NCBI GenBank assembly: GCA_965233585.1
Contig: CBDDTI010000352.1
Coordinates: forward strand, 1 to 59,008
DNA length: 59,008 nt
Reading direction: 5' to 3'
From: a bacterium
GTDB lineage: Bacteria > SAR324 > NAC60-12
In this document: positions 1 to 11,874 of the stretch, piece after piece
Layout: each line of letters starts with the position of its first letter
How positions within the stretch are numbered: the first letter of the stretch is position 1
Translations under genes and position numbers: made by a program
The notes under the pieces: model-generated
The model's input: the letters and a program-made list of their open reading frames with translations, nothing else
What the model was told of the DNA's origin: nothing
Databases searched by the model: none

Positions 1-365
1 GCTTAGTCTGCGCCAAGCTTTTAAAAAGTAGAAGCCAACTAAGCTCCATCAGAATTGCCCTGAGTGTTCCTCTGGTTGCTGCCAGCTGATGGCTGCCCAA
101 GAACTTCCTTCTTATCCTCAGGTCCTGCCAGGGTGAAGACAGCTAAGAACAAGATAACCTAATTAATTATTTGGGTTGCAGAAGCAGCAATGAAGAATCC
201 CACCACATCAGCTGCATTTTTGTACTTGCAAGCTGCTTCTCAGACTTAGCTGATGCCACAAATTTAATGCCAGACTTAGCTGATTGATTATTTAGCTGCT
301 TAGCTGAGGTGATGCTTCAAAAAAACAACTGAGGCTTTTGCTCAGGCTGCAAACTCACTAATTAA

Positions 366-1410
366 TTAGTATGTTTCCAAATCAGGCTCAGTTGTGCCTT
401 CAGTTGTTGCATTACTCCTCTGAGGAAGCTGCCAAGGAGCATTCTGATGATCATTAGCAGCCTCGGGCTCCTGTCTCCTCTGAGTTGCATCACTCCCCTG
501 AGCAGCCTGAGCAACCTGCCAAGGAGCAGTCTTAAAAGAAGGTTTGGGTGGAGGCTCCTGTCTCTTCTGAGTTGCATCACTCCCCTGAGCAGCCTGAGCA
601 ACCTGCCAAGGAGCAGTCTTAAAAGAAGGTTTGGGTGGAGGCTCCTGGCTCTTCTGAGTAGCATCACTCCCCTGAGCAGCCTGAGCAACCTGCCAAGGAG
701 CAGTCTTCTTAGAAGGTTTGGGTGGAGGCATCTGATGATCATTGGCAGCCTCAGGCCCCTGGGCAGCCTGAGAAGGCATGGGGGCAAACACATAAGCCAA
801 AGAAGAAGGAGGAGCCTTGAAGACAGGAGCCTTAGACTGAGACTGCTTCATGTTCTGAAAGCTTTTCTTCTCCTCCATCTCAGTCAAAGCAGTGCTGATC
901 TTCTCCTTGGCCTGAGTGAGTTCCAACTGCATCTGAGCTAAGAGGAGTTGCTCATCTTGCATCTTCTTAGCATCCTCCAAGATCTTGAAAAGAGTAAACT
1001 CCTGAGCATCCATGCCATACTTCAGAGCCTCAAGCTTCTGAGTGATCTCATTGTGGATGTTCTCAAGGGAGCCTATTTCACTGAGATCTTCAGCCCCTTG
1101 CACCAGCTTGATGAAGTGATAGTATGCTCAGGGTCAATCACAGCATATTGGGATTTGTAGTACCCCTCAGATTTGCTGGCCTGAGCTTTTGGCCTAGCCT
1201 TGGCTGAAGGAGCTGACTTGAACAACTGATACAACTGAGAAGGCCCAGCAGATTTAGGAGGCTCAGCAGGCTCCAGTTTGTGCATGAACTGAGCACAATA
1301 GAAAGGCTCTGTGACAAACACCTGCCAGGGGAGTGGGCAAAGGTTGAGAATCATCTGGTAATACTGAGCAATGGTCTCCTTAGACCACCCATTGATATCC
1401 TGCAGGGTTG
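366..1410 (-). pseudogene. Module 1 coiled-coil protein (GW..YY..IL..PLPW..AQF family), frameshifted near 1115
   Basis: Split into ORFs 1073..1438 and 366..1103; intact in copy 36689..37765. Confidence 0.7.
430..770. repeat. 87-bp coding tandem repeat (29 aa, PPPKPSFKTAPWQVAQAAQGSDATQKRQE) x3; also near 30800-31140 and 36755-37095
   Basis: TGAGTTGCATCACTCC recurs at 481 and 568, with a variant at 655. Confidence 0.9.
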
Positions 1411-1513
1411 TAAGGGATGTGAAAAACCTATCAAACATACATTACAGTTTAGTGATGAATTAATTAATTATATGATTAGTTAATTGACTAGTAATCAAAT
1501 CATGCCCACATGC

Positions 1514-1807
1514 TCAGAAACACAAAGAACAAATGCATTCACACATGTTCAAACCCATGTCCTTGCAGAAGGTGCAGCCATTCTGAAATGGGATCCTGCT
1601 GAGCATCACCTTAGACCTGCAGTTAGGACACTGAACATAAGGCTCTTCATCATACCTTGGGTAATGTATGATCTCCTTAGGATCTGAGCCAGGACCAAAT
1701 AGATCCTCCACTGAGGGAAAACTTGATGAAGGCCTCAGTCTGATCACAATGTGAGGGCCTGCCATAGCCCAGCTTAAGCCATGTGGGACTGAGTGAGGTT
1801 TGTCCAT
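1514..1807 (-). CDS. Module 1 small Zn-ribbon-like protein (YPRY..EP...CxxC...LSRIPFQNGCxxC)
   Basis: Motif conserved in four paralogs; ATG in TCAGCCATGG context. Confidence 0.65.
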   Translation of the reverse strand: MDKPHSVPHGLSWAMAGPHIVIRLRPSSSFPSVEDLFGPGSDPKEIIHYPRYDEEPYVQCPNCRSKVMLSRIPFQNGCTFCKDMGLNMCECICSLCF

Positions 1808-1886
1808 GGCTGAGTTGCAGCTGAGTTGGGATTCAAATATGCTCACTATGGGCTTGAGTTCATTAAGCAGCTGAGCTATCACACAA

Positions 1887-2117
1887 TCATGCATTCCTGA
1901 ACAAAGCTGAGCACAAGTCCAAGACCATGAGCAAGCTTGGAACCAACCCCACACCACCAGAACCAACCCTGAGTCCTCTCTCAGCTTTGCCACCCTTCTG
2001 AGATGCATCCTTAGGGTTGAGCTTCAGGTAATCCACAACTTCTTTTGCTGAGAGACCATAATCTTCAATTGCCTGAAGAAAGACTTGTCTCTGCTCCTGA
2101 GAAAACTTTGGTGCCAT
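1887..2117 (-). CDS. Module 1 small helical protein (MAPKFSQEQR...) ending in the GxSGGVGLV motif
   Basis: TCAGCCATGG start; similar to the N-terminus of 45017..45556 and to the conserved GVSGGVGLV block of the other modules. Confidence 0.5.
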   Translation of the reverse strand: MAPKFSQEQRQVFLQAIEDYGLSAKEVVDYLKLNPKDASQKGGKAERGLRVGSGGVGLVPSLLMVLDLCSALFRNA

Positions 2118-2219
2118 GGCTGAGGAAGTGAACTGGCTAGCCTGAGAGCTTCTTAAACTTGGGATTGAGCCCTCACAAGCTGAGAAATGGACCCTTGCTG
2201 AGGTGAACACAAGAAAAAC

Positions 2220-2430
2220 CAATTGAAAATAATTAATTAACTTGAAGTCAACTGAAAATCCTTTGAAATCAATTGGAAGTAAATTGATTTAAATTGAACA
2301 TCAATTGGAACCAATTGGAAATCAGTTGAAAGTAATTGATTAATTAATTTAAAATCAATTGAAAATGCATTGAAATTCAACTTACTTCAATTGAAAATTC
2401 ATTGAAAGTAAATAGATATCAACTGAACAT
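2220..2430. repeat. Degenerate (AAATTGAAATCAATTG) satellite; also near 16090-16280, 32590-32790, 38550-38750, 52435-52620
   Basis: Related to the clean 21-bp satellite at 17970-18744. Confidence 0.75.
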
Positions 2431-2699
2431 AATTAATTAATTACTTATGTTTGTTTTGGTGGTCCACTATTGTGTTCAGCTACTTATTGAGGTCAATTGT
2501 CTTTAGAAACATTCCCTTTACCTTTTTCCTGTGCTAAAGTTTTTTCTTAGAATTATGTGTCAACCCAGACCATGTCACAGTTCCTTATCACTTTTTTTTG
2601 CTTACACTGAATGTCAAAGCTTTATTTGCTGAGATTTGTGCAGTTTGGCTCAGAACATAGTATATAGCACATAATGTTTTTCTAAGAGTTTGCTGAGAT

Positions 2700-4950
2700 C
2701 TAAACTAAGAATAATGCTCATGAGCCAGATTGAAAATGAATCTCAGCTGAGAGGAAGAGACAGGTAGCCTTGCTTAGAAGGCACCTGAGGAAATTGAAAA
2801 TTAATTACTGCTGAGAATTTTTTCTCAGCACTTGCAGATCCAAAGAACCACTCAAGTTCTTTCTCATGAGCATCTACCTGAGCTGCAGGCTACATCAAAT
2901 TTTAACAATGTCTTCAGTTGAAAAAATAATCATGTTCCAAAAACATTGATGGCCCAAAAGTAAAAAATACATTTTTCAATGAGCAACCTCAGTCTGAGTG
3001 TTCCAAGGTGGAAGTGCATCAGGAGGAGAAATGTCACTGAGGTCAATGGAGTCCAATACTGAGAATTTCTCAGCCTGAGAAGGAAATAATAAACACAACA
3101 TCACATGAACTAGTTAATCTAAAGACTATGTTGAAGTTGTTGCTTACCCCAATGCTCAAGTTAAAACAAACTAATTCAAGCTGAGCAATCTTGGTTTTCA
3201 GGCCATTTTGCCTGGTCAGAGCAGCTTGGTAATGCTGCTTAGCCATACTCCATCCTGAGGTGTGAGTAAGATTATGCTCTAAGTCAAACTCCTTGCGCAT
3301 AAAGACTGAGTCAAGCTCTGGGCGCATTGTGTTCTGCACCAGAAGCACCTCATGGCTGAGCTCTTGCTCAGATGCCTCAGTCTTGTAGATGGCCTGAGAT
3401 TGTTTGGCATCACAGCATGGTAAAAGATATTGCTGATCAGTTAAACTTAAGAAAGAACTAATGAAAAGTAAAATTGCAAATAGAAAAAATACCAACACAA
3501 AAAAAATGTCATTGATTAATTATCCTGAGTTGCTCTGAGAAAACGCTGATATTGCACCCCCTCCTGGATGCTGAGGATAGCTGTGCTGAGCAACAAATCC
3601 CATTCCATCTCTAAGTCCTCAGTTGCTGAAGCATTCTTGTTTCATTAATTACTAAGCACACAGATTTGATCTTAAACAAATCTATTAATTGATTAATTAA
3701 TTAATATAATTGATTAATTAGTTAATTCATTAATTAATTGCATTGAAAAAAACATAAAACTGACAGTGGCTTTAACCAAGACACCATGTTGGTATACTGA
3801 GAGACTCCTTTACTTCCACTCAGAAAGGACCACTTCTGAGTGTTTATGAACTCCAAATAGAGCTGAGATCCTCCAGCCTGGGGGCTGAAGTCATTGAAGT
3901 GCTGCTTGAGGTGTCTCAGGACATCCCATGGCCTCCCCTGAGAAAGGTCCACCCTGAGTTCCATTGATTGCAGCTTGGAGTTGCCATACTCAGATGAGGT
4001 CAAGTGTTCTTGACTGAGCTCCCACATCTCCTGGCTGGGTCAAATGAACCAACTAAAAAGGAATATGTTTTTTGAGATAATTCATTAATTAATATGGAAA
4101 GCATCAACCTTAGGCCATCATCTTTCTGACATATGCTCAAGTGCCACCAAGTTTCCTCCCTCAGGTTGCCTATCTGAGTGTCCAGTTTCTCAACTGAATT
4201 ACTGAACAGCTTCAGATCAGAGGATATCTCAAGCAAAGTCTTGAGGATGATGCTCAGGAGGATGATAGCTGAGCATATTCCCTTGGCATTGCAACCAAGA
4301 ACTTATCAAGAATGTGTCTAAAAATGATAGGAACCCAGTTATTTGCTTGGAGAAAGCTAGTGGAGAAACAAAAGTGTTTATTTACTTAAATCTTGCCCAA
4401 GATCCAGCTGAGAACTGGTCAAGAGTGGTTCCAACCCACTCAGCCTCTTGCTCAGATCAACTGAGTTCTGCAATGCAGGCTGCATGAGATGGAAAAAACA
4501 TATTTCCTCAATTAATTAATGAGGTTAACAAAAACCCATTCAATAGCCCAAGGTTTAAAACCAAAAAGCTGAGATGCAAGCTCAGATGCTGGCAATGCTT
4601 ATCCCTGAGCTCATCACCAAGGCCAAGAAAGCAAAGGTTTTGAGCTGAGTTGAAATAGCCATGCTGAGCCTTGGCTGACAAGATTAGAATTTAGCAACTG
4701 AAAACTGAAACAAGGTAATTAATTAAGTAATTAAATATACCACTTTTATACAGTAATTAATTGACAACCTCTATTTCATAGGAAAAACTTGATACAATAA
4801 ACAAATGCAACAAAAAACAAAACTTAAATTTCATTGACAATCTCAGGAACACAGTTGACAGGAGCTGAAGGAAGCTGAGGCTGCTCTGGGCACTGCTGAG
4901 CTTTGGATGCTGCTGTGCACACATGCAAGCTCTGAGGCAAAACATCAGGT
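2700..4950 (-). CDS. Probable multi-exon gene of unknown function (open blocks near 4100-4285, 3780-4030, 3170-3420)
   Basis: GC-richer open blocks separated by TAATTAAT-rich gaps with AG|G junctions; 5' part paralogous to 28440-29400; exon structure unresolved. Confidence 0.4.
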
Positions 4951-5098
4951 TTTTTTTAATTGTAATTACTTTCTTAGTTTCTTTCATTTGAAATTCCCAG
5001 AAATGCCCAATTTCCCAAACTATATAATGCCTTATTAAAACCCAATTTAAATACATCTCTCAAACAATTTTTCAAGGTGGTAGTCCATGAGCAACCCT

Positions 5099-6095
5099 GA
5101 TACACAATAGTGTGGTTTGTTTGAGGGTACACTATTGTGTCCAGCTGCTTCCTGAGGTCATGATTTTTAGATTTTTTCAATCAGTTCCTTTACCTTTTCC
5201 TTTGCTAGCTAAAGTTTTTTCCTTTTAATTAATTCCTTTCTTAGTTTCTTTCATTTGAAATTCTCAGAAATGCACAGTTTCCCAAAATATATGATGCCTT
5301 ATTAAAACCCAATTAAAAAACATCACTCAGACAATTTTTCAAAGGGGTAGTCCATGAGCAAGCCTGATACACAATAGTGTGGTTTGTTTGAGGGTACACT
5401 ATTGTGTCCAGCTGCTTCCTGAGGTTATGTGTTTTTTTTTGAACCAGTTCCTTTCCCTTTTCCTTTGTTAAAGTTTGTTTCCCTTTTACTTAGCCTCATC
5501 CTTCTTGGAATCAAAACCAAAGGCTTTCCAAAGGATTAGTTTCAGCCAACCAAAAAAAGACATGAATGATCCTGATACACAATAGTATGGTTTGTTTGAG
5601 GGTACACTATTGTGTCCAGCTGCTTCCTGAGGTGACTTTGTTTTTTACCATTCCCTTTACCTTTTCCTTTGCTAAAGTTTTTTCCTTTTAATTAATTCCT
5701 TCTTAATTAGTTTCTTTCATTTGAAATTCCCAGAAATGCTCAATTTCCCAAAATTTATGATGCCTTATTAAAACGAAATTAAAAAACATCACCCAGACAA
5801 TTTTTCAAGGGGGTAGTCCATGAGCAACCCTGATACACAATAGTATGGTTTGTTTGGGGGTACACTATTGTGTCCAGCTGCTTCCTGATGTGTTTTTTTT
5901 CAACCATTTCCTTTCCCTTTTCCTTTGCTAAAGTTTTTTCCTTTTAATTACTTAGCTTCATTCTTCTTGGAATCAAAACCAAAGGCTTTCCAAAGGATTA
6001 GTTTCAGCTAACCAAACAAACACATGAACGATCATGATACACAATAGTATGGTTTGTTTGAGGGTACACTATTGTGTCCAACTGCTTCCTGAGGT
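5099..6095. repeat. Array of 5 hairpin repeats GATACACAATAGTRTGGTTTGTTTGAGGGTACACTATTGTGTCCAGCTGCTTCCTGAGG
   Basis: Constant ~58-bp core with 12-bp stem ACACAATAGTGT/ACACTATTGTGT, separated by two types of T-rich linker. Confidence 0.9.
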
Positions 6096-6732
6096 GATTT
6101 TGTTTTTAAACATTCCCTTTACCTTTTCCTTTGCTAAAGCTGTCTTCCTTTTAATTTCAGTAATTACTTTCTTAGTTTCATTTGAAATTTTCAAAAATTC
6201 TCAGTTAGTTAATTATATAATTAATTAATTATAGCAATTGTTGGTTCCTTCTGCTGAGCTCAACCTTAGTCATTGGAAGTTTACCCAATCCCATCACTTT
6301 CCCAAACTTCTTTTTGGCCATGCATTTTGCTCATAGTGCTTTGCTGAGGCATACTGAGCCTTGCTCAGGACAAAGTTGAAAAAACCATTGAAGCTGGCTG
6401 AGGTAGAACATGATGTAGATCATGCTGAGATCCTGTCAGGGACAAAATGCTGAAAGCAAAACATTCAACTGTCTGGCACTAATTAATCTCATTGCATATT
6501 GTTCATTGAATAATTACTCAAAAAAAGTAAGTAACTACACATCATTGTGTGTTAAACAAATTGACTATGCAGTCAAATGCATCCAACAATTAACATACTT
6601 AATTACTGTAGAAGCCCTCCACATCCCTTCAGAGCTGCACACTTTTTTCCTTAGCTTGAAGCTGCATGGATTGCTTGTGATAGCAAATTTTAAAAAAAGA
6701 CACTGAGATTTTACTCAGTGATGCTGATGCTT

Positions 6733-7461
6733 TCAGTCAGCTGCCTTGCTCTTATCAGAATCCTCCTCAGCATCTTCTTGGTGCTCACTGCTCTTAGAAG
6801 GCTGAGAATCTCCCTGAGTTTGCTTTTGTTTCTCCTCCAAAAATTCAAGAATCTGAGCATCAGTGAGTTTAAGGGCTTTTCTGATGGCTTCAAATTGGAT
6901 GGTAGCTTCCTCCAAATTTTTCTGATCCTCAGATTGGATGCTGCTGCTTCCTGAGCTATTCTTCTTCTCTTCCTCTTTCTGAGCCATGCTTTTGATGAGC
7001 TTGTGCTTAGCATCTTCAAACTGGATCTTAGTCTCATGCCACTGATTCATGAGGTCCTCCATGAGCTCAATGTCTTTCCTGAGCTTGTTCACAGTTGCAT
7101 GCTGAGCATCCTCAGCTGCAGTGATAGTTTGGCTGAGCAAGATGAAGTCCTCATGGTAATCACTGAGAGCCAACCAATTTCCAGTCTTCTCAGCTTTGGC
7201 CACCTCCTCCTTCAAGACATCTATCTGCCTCTGAGCATCATTCTTCTGTATCTCATTGATGCAGAAGGTTTCCATCCAAGGGCTGAGGTCTGAGGTTGAA
7301 GAAGCAGCAGGAGATGGTTTCTCAGGCCTGGCCTCCTGTGCCATGAACTGAGCAACACCAAACTCTGCTTCCACTGAGTTGGCCCATGGCAAAGGATTCA
7401 TGCTGAGGATATTGCTGTAGTAGGCCTGAATCACATACTTAGGCCACCCAACTGAGTCCTG
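6733..7461 (-). CDS. Module 2 coiled-coil protein exon (GWPKYVIQAYYSNILSMNPLPW...)
   Basis: 233-aa ORF paralogous to modules 1, 3 and 4; begins after a CAG|G acceptor-like site. Confidence 0.65.
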   Translation of the reverse strand, partial: QDSVGWPKYVIQAYYSNILSMNPLPWANSVEAEFGVAQFMAQEARPEKPSPAASSTSDLSPWMETFCINEIQKNDAQRQIDVLKEEVAKAEKTGNWLALSDYHEDFILLSQTITAAEDAQHATVNKLRKDIELMEDLMNQWHETKIQFEDAKHKLIKSMAQKEEEKKNSSGSSSIQSEDQKNLEEATIQFEAIRKALKLTDAQILEFLEEKQKQTQGDSQPSKSSEHQEDAEEDSDKSKAAD

Positions 7462-7649
7462 ACTGCCAACTGCTTTGAATGAAACAACAAAGTAAACTGT
7501 AATTGATTGTAATTATCAAGTAATTAACCAAGTATTTTTTTAAATTAATTGACTAATATGTGTATATAATTGGTGGTTTTAATTGTCACTGAGGTACTTT
7601 TTGACTTCCTGAACACTCAACAAATATTGAAAATAAACATGAAATGATG

Positions 7650-8303
7650 CTAAGCCAACCCAGGATCATGACATTCTCTGCAGCTAGATTGCCATGGGAT
7701 CCTGCTGAGCATCACCTTGTGGCCTCTTGGACATTCGAAGTTTGGCTCTCTGAGGTACCTGGGGTAGATCACAATGTCTTCCTCAGTATGGTGACCCTCT
7801 TCCCCAAAGATTTCTGGCAGCTTGATCTCAGGAGGCTCATCAGGAACAAGCTGAGCATGTCTTGGACCACCCTCACAAGTGAATCTCATGTTAGCTGGGA
7901 TGGTGTCTAAGACTTTGCTGTAAACTGAGGGGCCTTTTCTGCCCTTCATAGCTTTGCCTTCTGGAATCATTGATCCTAAGATGGGGTCTCTGCTGGAGAA
8001 GGCTTGGGCATGGATTCTGCCTGTTTCTGAGCCCTGGCCTTTGCCCCAGCTTGTGCTATAGCCTGGGTCTTTGCCATGGCCTCTGCCTTTGCCTGAGTCT
8101 TTGCCATAGCCTTTGTCTTTTCCTGAGTCTTTGCCATAGCCATAGTCTTTGCCTTTGTCTTTGCCTGAGTCTTTGCCTTTGCCTGAGTCTTTGCCAAAGC
8201 CTTTGCCATAATAGCCTTGGTCTTTGCCTGAGTCTTTGCTCCACCATTTGCCTGAGCCTTTGCCCCTAGGCAAAATCAAGCCAGCTTCATCTGGGCCACC
8301 CAT
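7650..8303 (-). CDS. Module 2 Zn-ribbon-like protein with N-terminal GKDSGKG repeats
   Basis: YPRYLREPNFECPRGHKVMLSRIPWQSSCREC; CAAGCCATGG start; G/K-rich repeat at about 8030-8270. Confidence 0.7.
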   Translation of the reverse strand: MGGPDEAGLILPRGKGSGKWWSKDSGKDQGYYGKGFGKDSGKGKDSGKDKGKDYGYGKDSGKDKGYGKDSGKGRGHGKDPGYSTSWGKGQGSETGRIHAQAFSSRDPILGSMIPEGKAMKGRKGPSVYSKVLDTIPANMRFTCEGGPRHAQLVPDEPPEIKLPEIFGEEGHHTEEDIVIYPRYLREPNFECPRGHKVMLSRIPWQSSCRECHDPGLA

Positions 8304-8679
8304 GGCTTGCAAGAAGTGCAGCTGAGTTGGTAGAAATCACACTGAGATCAAAGCAGCTGAGGAATCACATAGACATGCATAATTCAACACCATGCAAGCA
8401 AAATATCTAGTTGACTAATTCATTTAATTAATTATATATATATATAATTAATGAGTCAATAAATATATAATTATTGAATATGATCCATGTGCAAGTAACC
8501 ACATAGACATGCGCATATAAAAATGCTACAACTTCATTGGTTAATTAATTAATTAACCAATTAGTTAGCTAATTAGCAAATTATTTGATGTCAACATTAC
8601 TGATAAAACTTGCCAAAAGTCTAAGATTATGGCCAAGCTGAGCACTAATCCCACACCACCAGAAACACCCTTCAGTCCT

Positions 8680-9219
8680 CTAGGCATCTCCAGTCTTGGC
8701 CTTCTTGGACTTGGGCTCAGCATCTGAGGATGGATCTGATGCTGAATCATCATCCTGCTGAGAGTCACCAAAGACCTGAGAGTCATCATCCTACTGAGAG
8801 TCACCAAAGACCTGAGAGTCATCAGCATGCTGAGAGTCCTCAGTGACCTGCTGGGGCATCCTGCTGAGCACTTTGTCCCTGATCTCAGCAAGCTCCTCCT
8901 TGATCACATCAGCCCTGAGCTTCTCAAAGTTCTGGCAATGCTGGACCCACTGATGCTGCCTGAGCTCCACAAGTGCCAGCATGTTGATCAGCTCAGCCTT
9001 GCACTTGATGAGGTTGATTCCATTTCCCTGAGACTGTCCTCTGAGGCAGGCATGCACCTTGTGCAGCTCATCAAGGGAAGACCTGAGGTCCTGATGCTCC
9101 CCCATGTCGATCTCATGCCTACTGAGGAAGATAAGAGCATCCTGAGGTGTAATGCCAAGATCTGAGATGAACTTAAGGAGCTTTCCCTCTTCCTGAGTAG
9201 TAAGCTTCCCCATTGCCAT
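8680..9219 (-). pseudogene. Module 2 helical protein with acidic SQ-repeat tail and KKAK NLS-like end; premature TAG at 8791-8793
   Basis: Intact (CAG) in copy 45017..45556. Confidence 0.6.
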
Positions 9220-9604
9220 GGCTGAACAAGTTAGTGCAGTGGAACTGAGCAAAGGTTCTACTGGCTGTGTTTGATCCTTCACAAGCTCAAAAATGAACCT
9301 GAACCATTGCAAAGAAACTGAGAGGTTGCATACAAGCTCAATCTAAGCCATAACTCATGACACCAAATCAAAGTTGAACATATTGTGATTAATTAATGAA
9401 CAGTTAGTTATAGAAATGGTTGGTTCCTTCAGCTGAGTTCAACCTTAGTCATTGAAACCTTACCCAGACCCACCACTTTCCCAAACATTTTCTGGCAATG
9501 CCTTTTGCTGATAGTGCTATGCTGATGCATACTGAGCCTTGCTCAGGACAAAGTTGGAAACAACTGAGAAGCTAGCTGAGGTAGAAGATGATGTAGCTCA
9601 CATT

Positions 9605-9651
9605 CTGAGGTTCTACTTCATAGTGAGTCTCACTATGAAGTAGAACCTCAG
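9605..9651. repeat. Perfect 47-bp palindrome (23-bp arms, 1-nt centre); second copy 45942-45988
   Basis: CTGAGGTTCTACTTCATAGTGAG-T-CTCACTATGAAGTAGAACCTCAG. Confidence 0.95.
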
Positions 9652-10040
9652 TGCCTTGGCTTCTCCTTCTCCTCAGCACTGAAGATGCTCACAACTAAGA
9701 AGGATGATGTAGTCACCAGGTACTCCACTTGCTCAGGATGCTGATGTCCTGTCAGGGACAAAAAGCTGAGAGCAAAGCATACAACTCTTTGACACTAATC
9801 TCAGTGTATAGTGTTCATTGAATAATTAATCAGATAAATAAGTCTCTACCCATCAATGTGTCAAACAAATTGACTATGCAATCAAATACTTCCAACAATT
9901 AACATGCAGAAGAAGCCCTCCACATCCCTTCAGATCTGCACACTTTTTTCCTTCATTCAAGCTGCATGGATTGCTTCTGAAAGCAAATTTAAAAAGGACA
10001 CTGAGATTTCACTCAGTGATGTTCCATCTGCCTGAGGCAG

Positions 10041-10769
10041 CTACTCATCCTCATCATTCTGAGATTTTTGTTTCTTAGGTGGAGGGCTGAGCAAATAGAG
10101 AACCCTCTGCCTTGAGATTGGCAGCTTCTCTATGAAATCTTCAATTTCCTGAGTCATGAAAGCATCCTGAGCCTCCTGAGCCTCCCTCTCAGCTTTTTCA
10201 GCCTCCTGCTGAGCCTCCTCCTCAGCTAGTACTGCATCTTTCATTAAAAGCATGTTCTCATGGGTTCCTTGGAAAGCAATGATGTTGTTTGAAATCTCCT
10301 GAGACACATCTTCCATCAAGCTGAGATCCTTTTTCAGTCTGGCCACAGTCCTTTCCTGCATTTTCTGAGCTTTTTCCATCAATTCTATGCATTCTTTGAG
10401 CTCATCCATGTGAACTAACAGGTCCTCCAGAGGTTGATCATTCATGGAAGCATCTGAGAGAAGCAAAGCCATTGCTGAGCACCTACCCTCAGGATCCATC
10501 TGCTGGAGCTGGTTGAAGTAGTATGCTTCACCACTAGGACACTCACTGGCCTGAGGTGGATCAGCTGGCCTTGCCTTAGGCATCACTGGTGTGCCTAGAG
10601 GCTCAGGAGGACGCTGAGAAGATGAAGGCCTAGAAGCAGAAGGATCACCTTCCATGAACTGAGCCTTACCATAATCTGCCTTCACTGACTTAGCCCATGG
10701 CAATGGATCCATGCTGAGAATCCTGGTGTAGTACCACTGGATCACCCACTGAGGCCATCCATCTGAGCC
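10041..10769 (-). CDS. Module 3 coiled-coil protein exon (GWPQWVIQWYYTRILSMDPLPW...), ends PPPKKQK
   Basis: 234-aa ORF with the paralog motif conserved. Confidence 0.65.
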   Translation of the reverse strand, partial: GSDGWPQWVIQWYYTRILSMDPLPWAKSVKADYGKAQFMEGDPSASRPSSSQRPPEPLGTPVMPKARPADPPQASECPSGEAYYFNQLQQMDPEGRCSAMALLLSDASMNDQPLEDLLVHMDELKECIELMEKAQKMQERTVARLKKDLSLMEDVSQEISNNIIAFQGTHENMLLMKDAVLAEEEAQQEAEKAEREAQEAQDAFMTQEIEDFIEKLPISRQRVLYLLSPPPKKQKSQNDEDE

Positions 10770-11017
10770 CTCAATGCAAGCTGCTTTGAATGAAACAAAA
10801 AAAGTAGACTGTAATTGATCAATTAATTCATGATGTTACCAAGTAATGAATTGCTCAATTAATTAATTAATTGGCTAATTAATTAATTAATTATATGATT
10901 AATGTTGTTTGCTTTGTTTTGAACTGTCACTGAGGTACTTGTAATTAGCAGTAATACTTTAGTTCAAAGCACATAAAAATCAGGAACAAAAAACAGGTAA
11001 ACAAAAATAACATTATT

Positions 11018-11393
11018 CTAAGTCCACCCAGGAACTCTGCATTTGCCACATCCTGACTGCCAAGGAATTCTGCTGAGAAAAATGTCAGCTCCACAGGAAC
11101 CACAGGCAACCTTAGGCTCATCCCAAGTACCTGGGGTACTTGACCATAACTTCCTTATCCTGATTCTGGAACAGCTCAGAGATGTAAGGTCTCTTAGGAT
11201 CACATGGTTGCACCAACTGAGCATGCTTTCCATTCTCTGATCTATACACCATTCCAGCAGGAATAGTGCTGAGGAGATGCTGAGGTACCCAGGGCCCAAA
11301 TCTGCCCTCAGCATCCTTTTTTCCTGAGCCTTGGGCAGCTGTCCTCTGCTGCCAAGGGTGATTCTGCTGACTAGCAGCAGTGTTTGAACTCAT
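11018..11393 (-). pseudogene. Module 3 Zn-ribbon-like protein, 1-nt frameshift near 11125
   Basis: VKYPRY in one frame, WDEPKVACGSC..LSRIPWQSGCGKC in another; same lesion in copy 47352..47727. Confidence 0.65.
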
Positions 11394-11618
11394 GGCTTGC
11401 AAGAAGTGCAGCTGAGTTGGTGGAAATCGCACTGAGATCAAAGCAGCTGAGGAATCACATAGACATGCATAATTCAACACCATGCAAGCAAAATATCTAG
11501 TTGACTAATTCATTTATTACAATTATATATAATGAATCAATAAATATATAGTTATTGAATATGATGCATGTGCAAGTAATTATAAGAAACTTACACATGC
11601 ATAAGCATGCATTACTGA

Positions 11619-11753
11619 TCAAGATTGCCACAGGTCTGAGGCCATGGTCAAGCTGAGCACCAATCCTACCCCACCAGAAACACCCTTCAGTCCTCTGGAG
11701 CTAAGTGATCTCATGGTGCTGAGTGATTCCAGCATGCTCTTCAGCAGCACCAT
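11619..11753 (-). CDS. Module 3 short ORF ending RGLKGVSGGVGLVLSL (shortened paralog)
   Basis: Same position, upstream motif and terminal motif as in the other modules. Confidence 0.35.
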   Translation of the reverse strand: MVLLKSMLESLSTMRSLSSRGLKGVSGGVGLVLSLTMASDLWQS

Positions 11754-11874
11754 TGCTGAGAAAATCAACACAGTTGGATCTGAGCCTTCACAAGCTTTGG
11801 TATATAACATCAAAACTAAGTAAAGATTTTCCAAAGGATGAGTTTCAGCCAACCAAAAAAACATGAATGATCAT

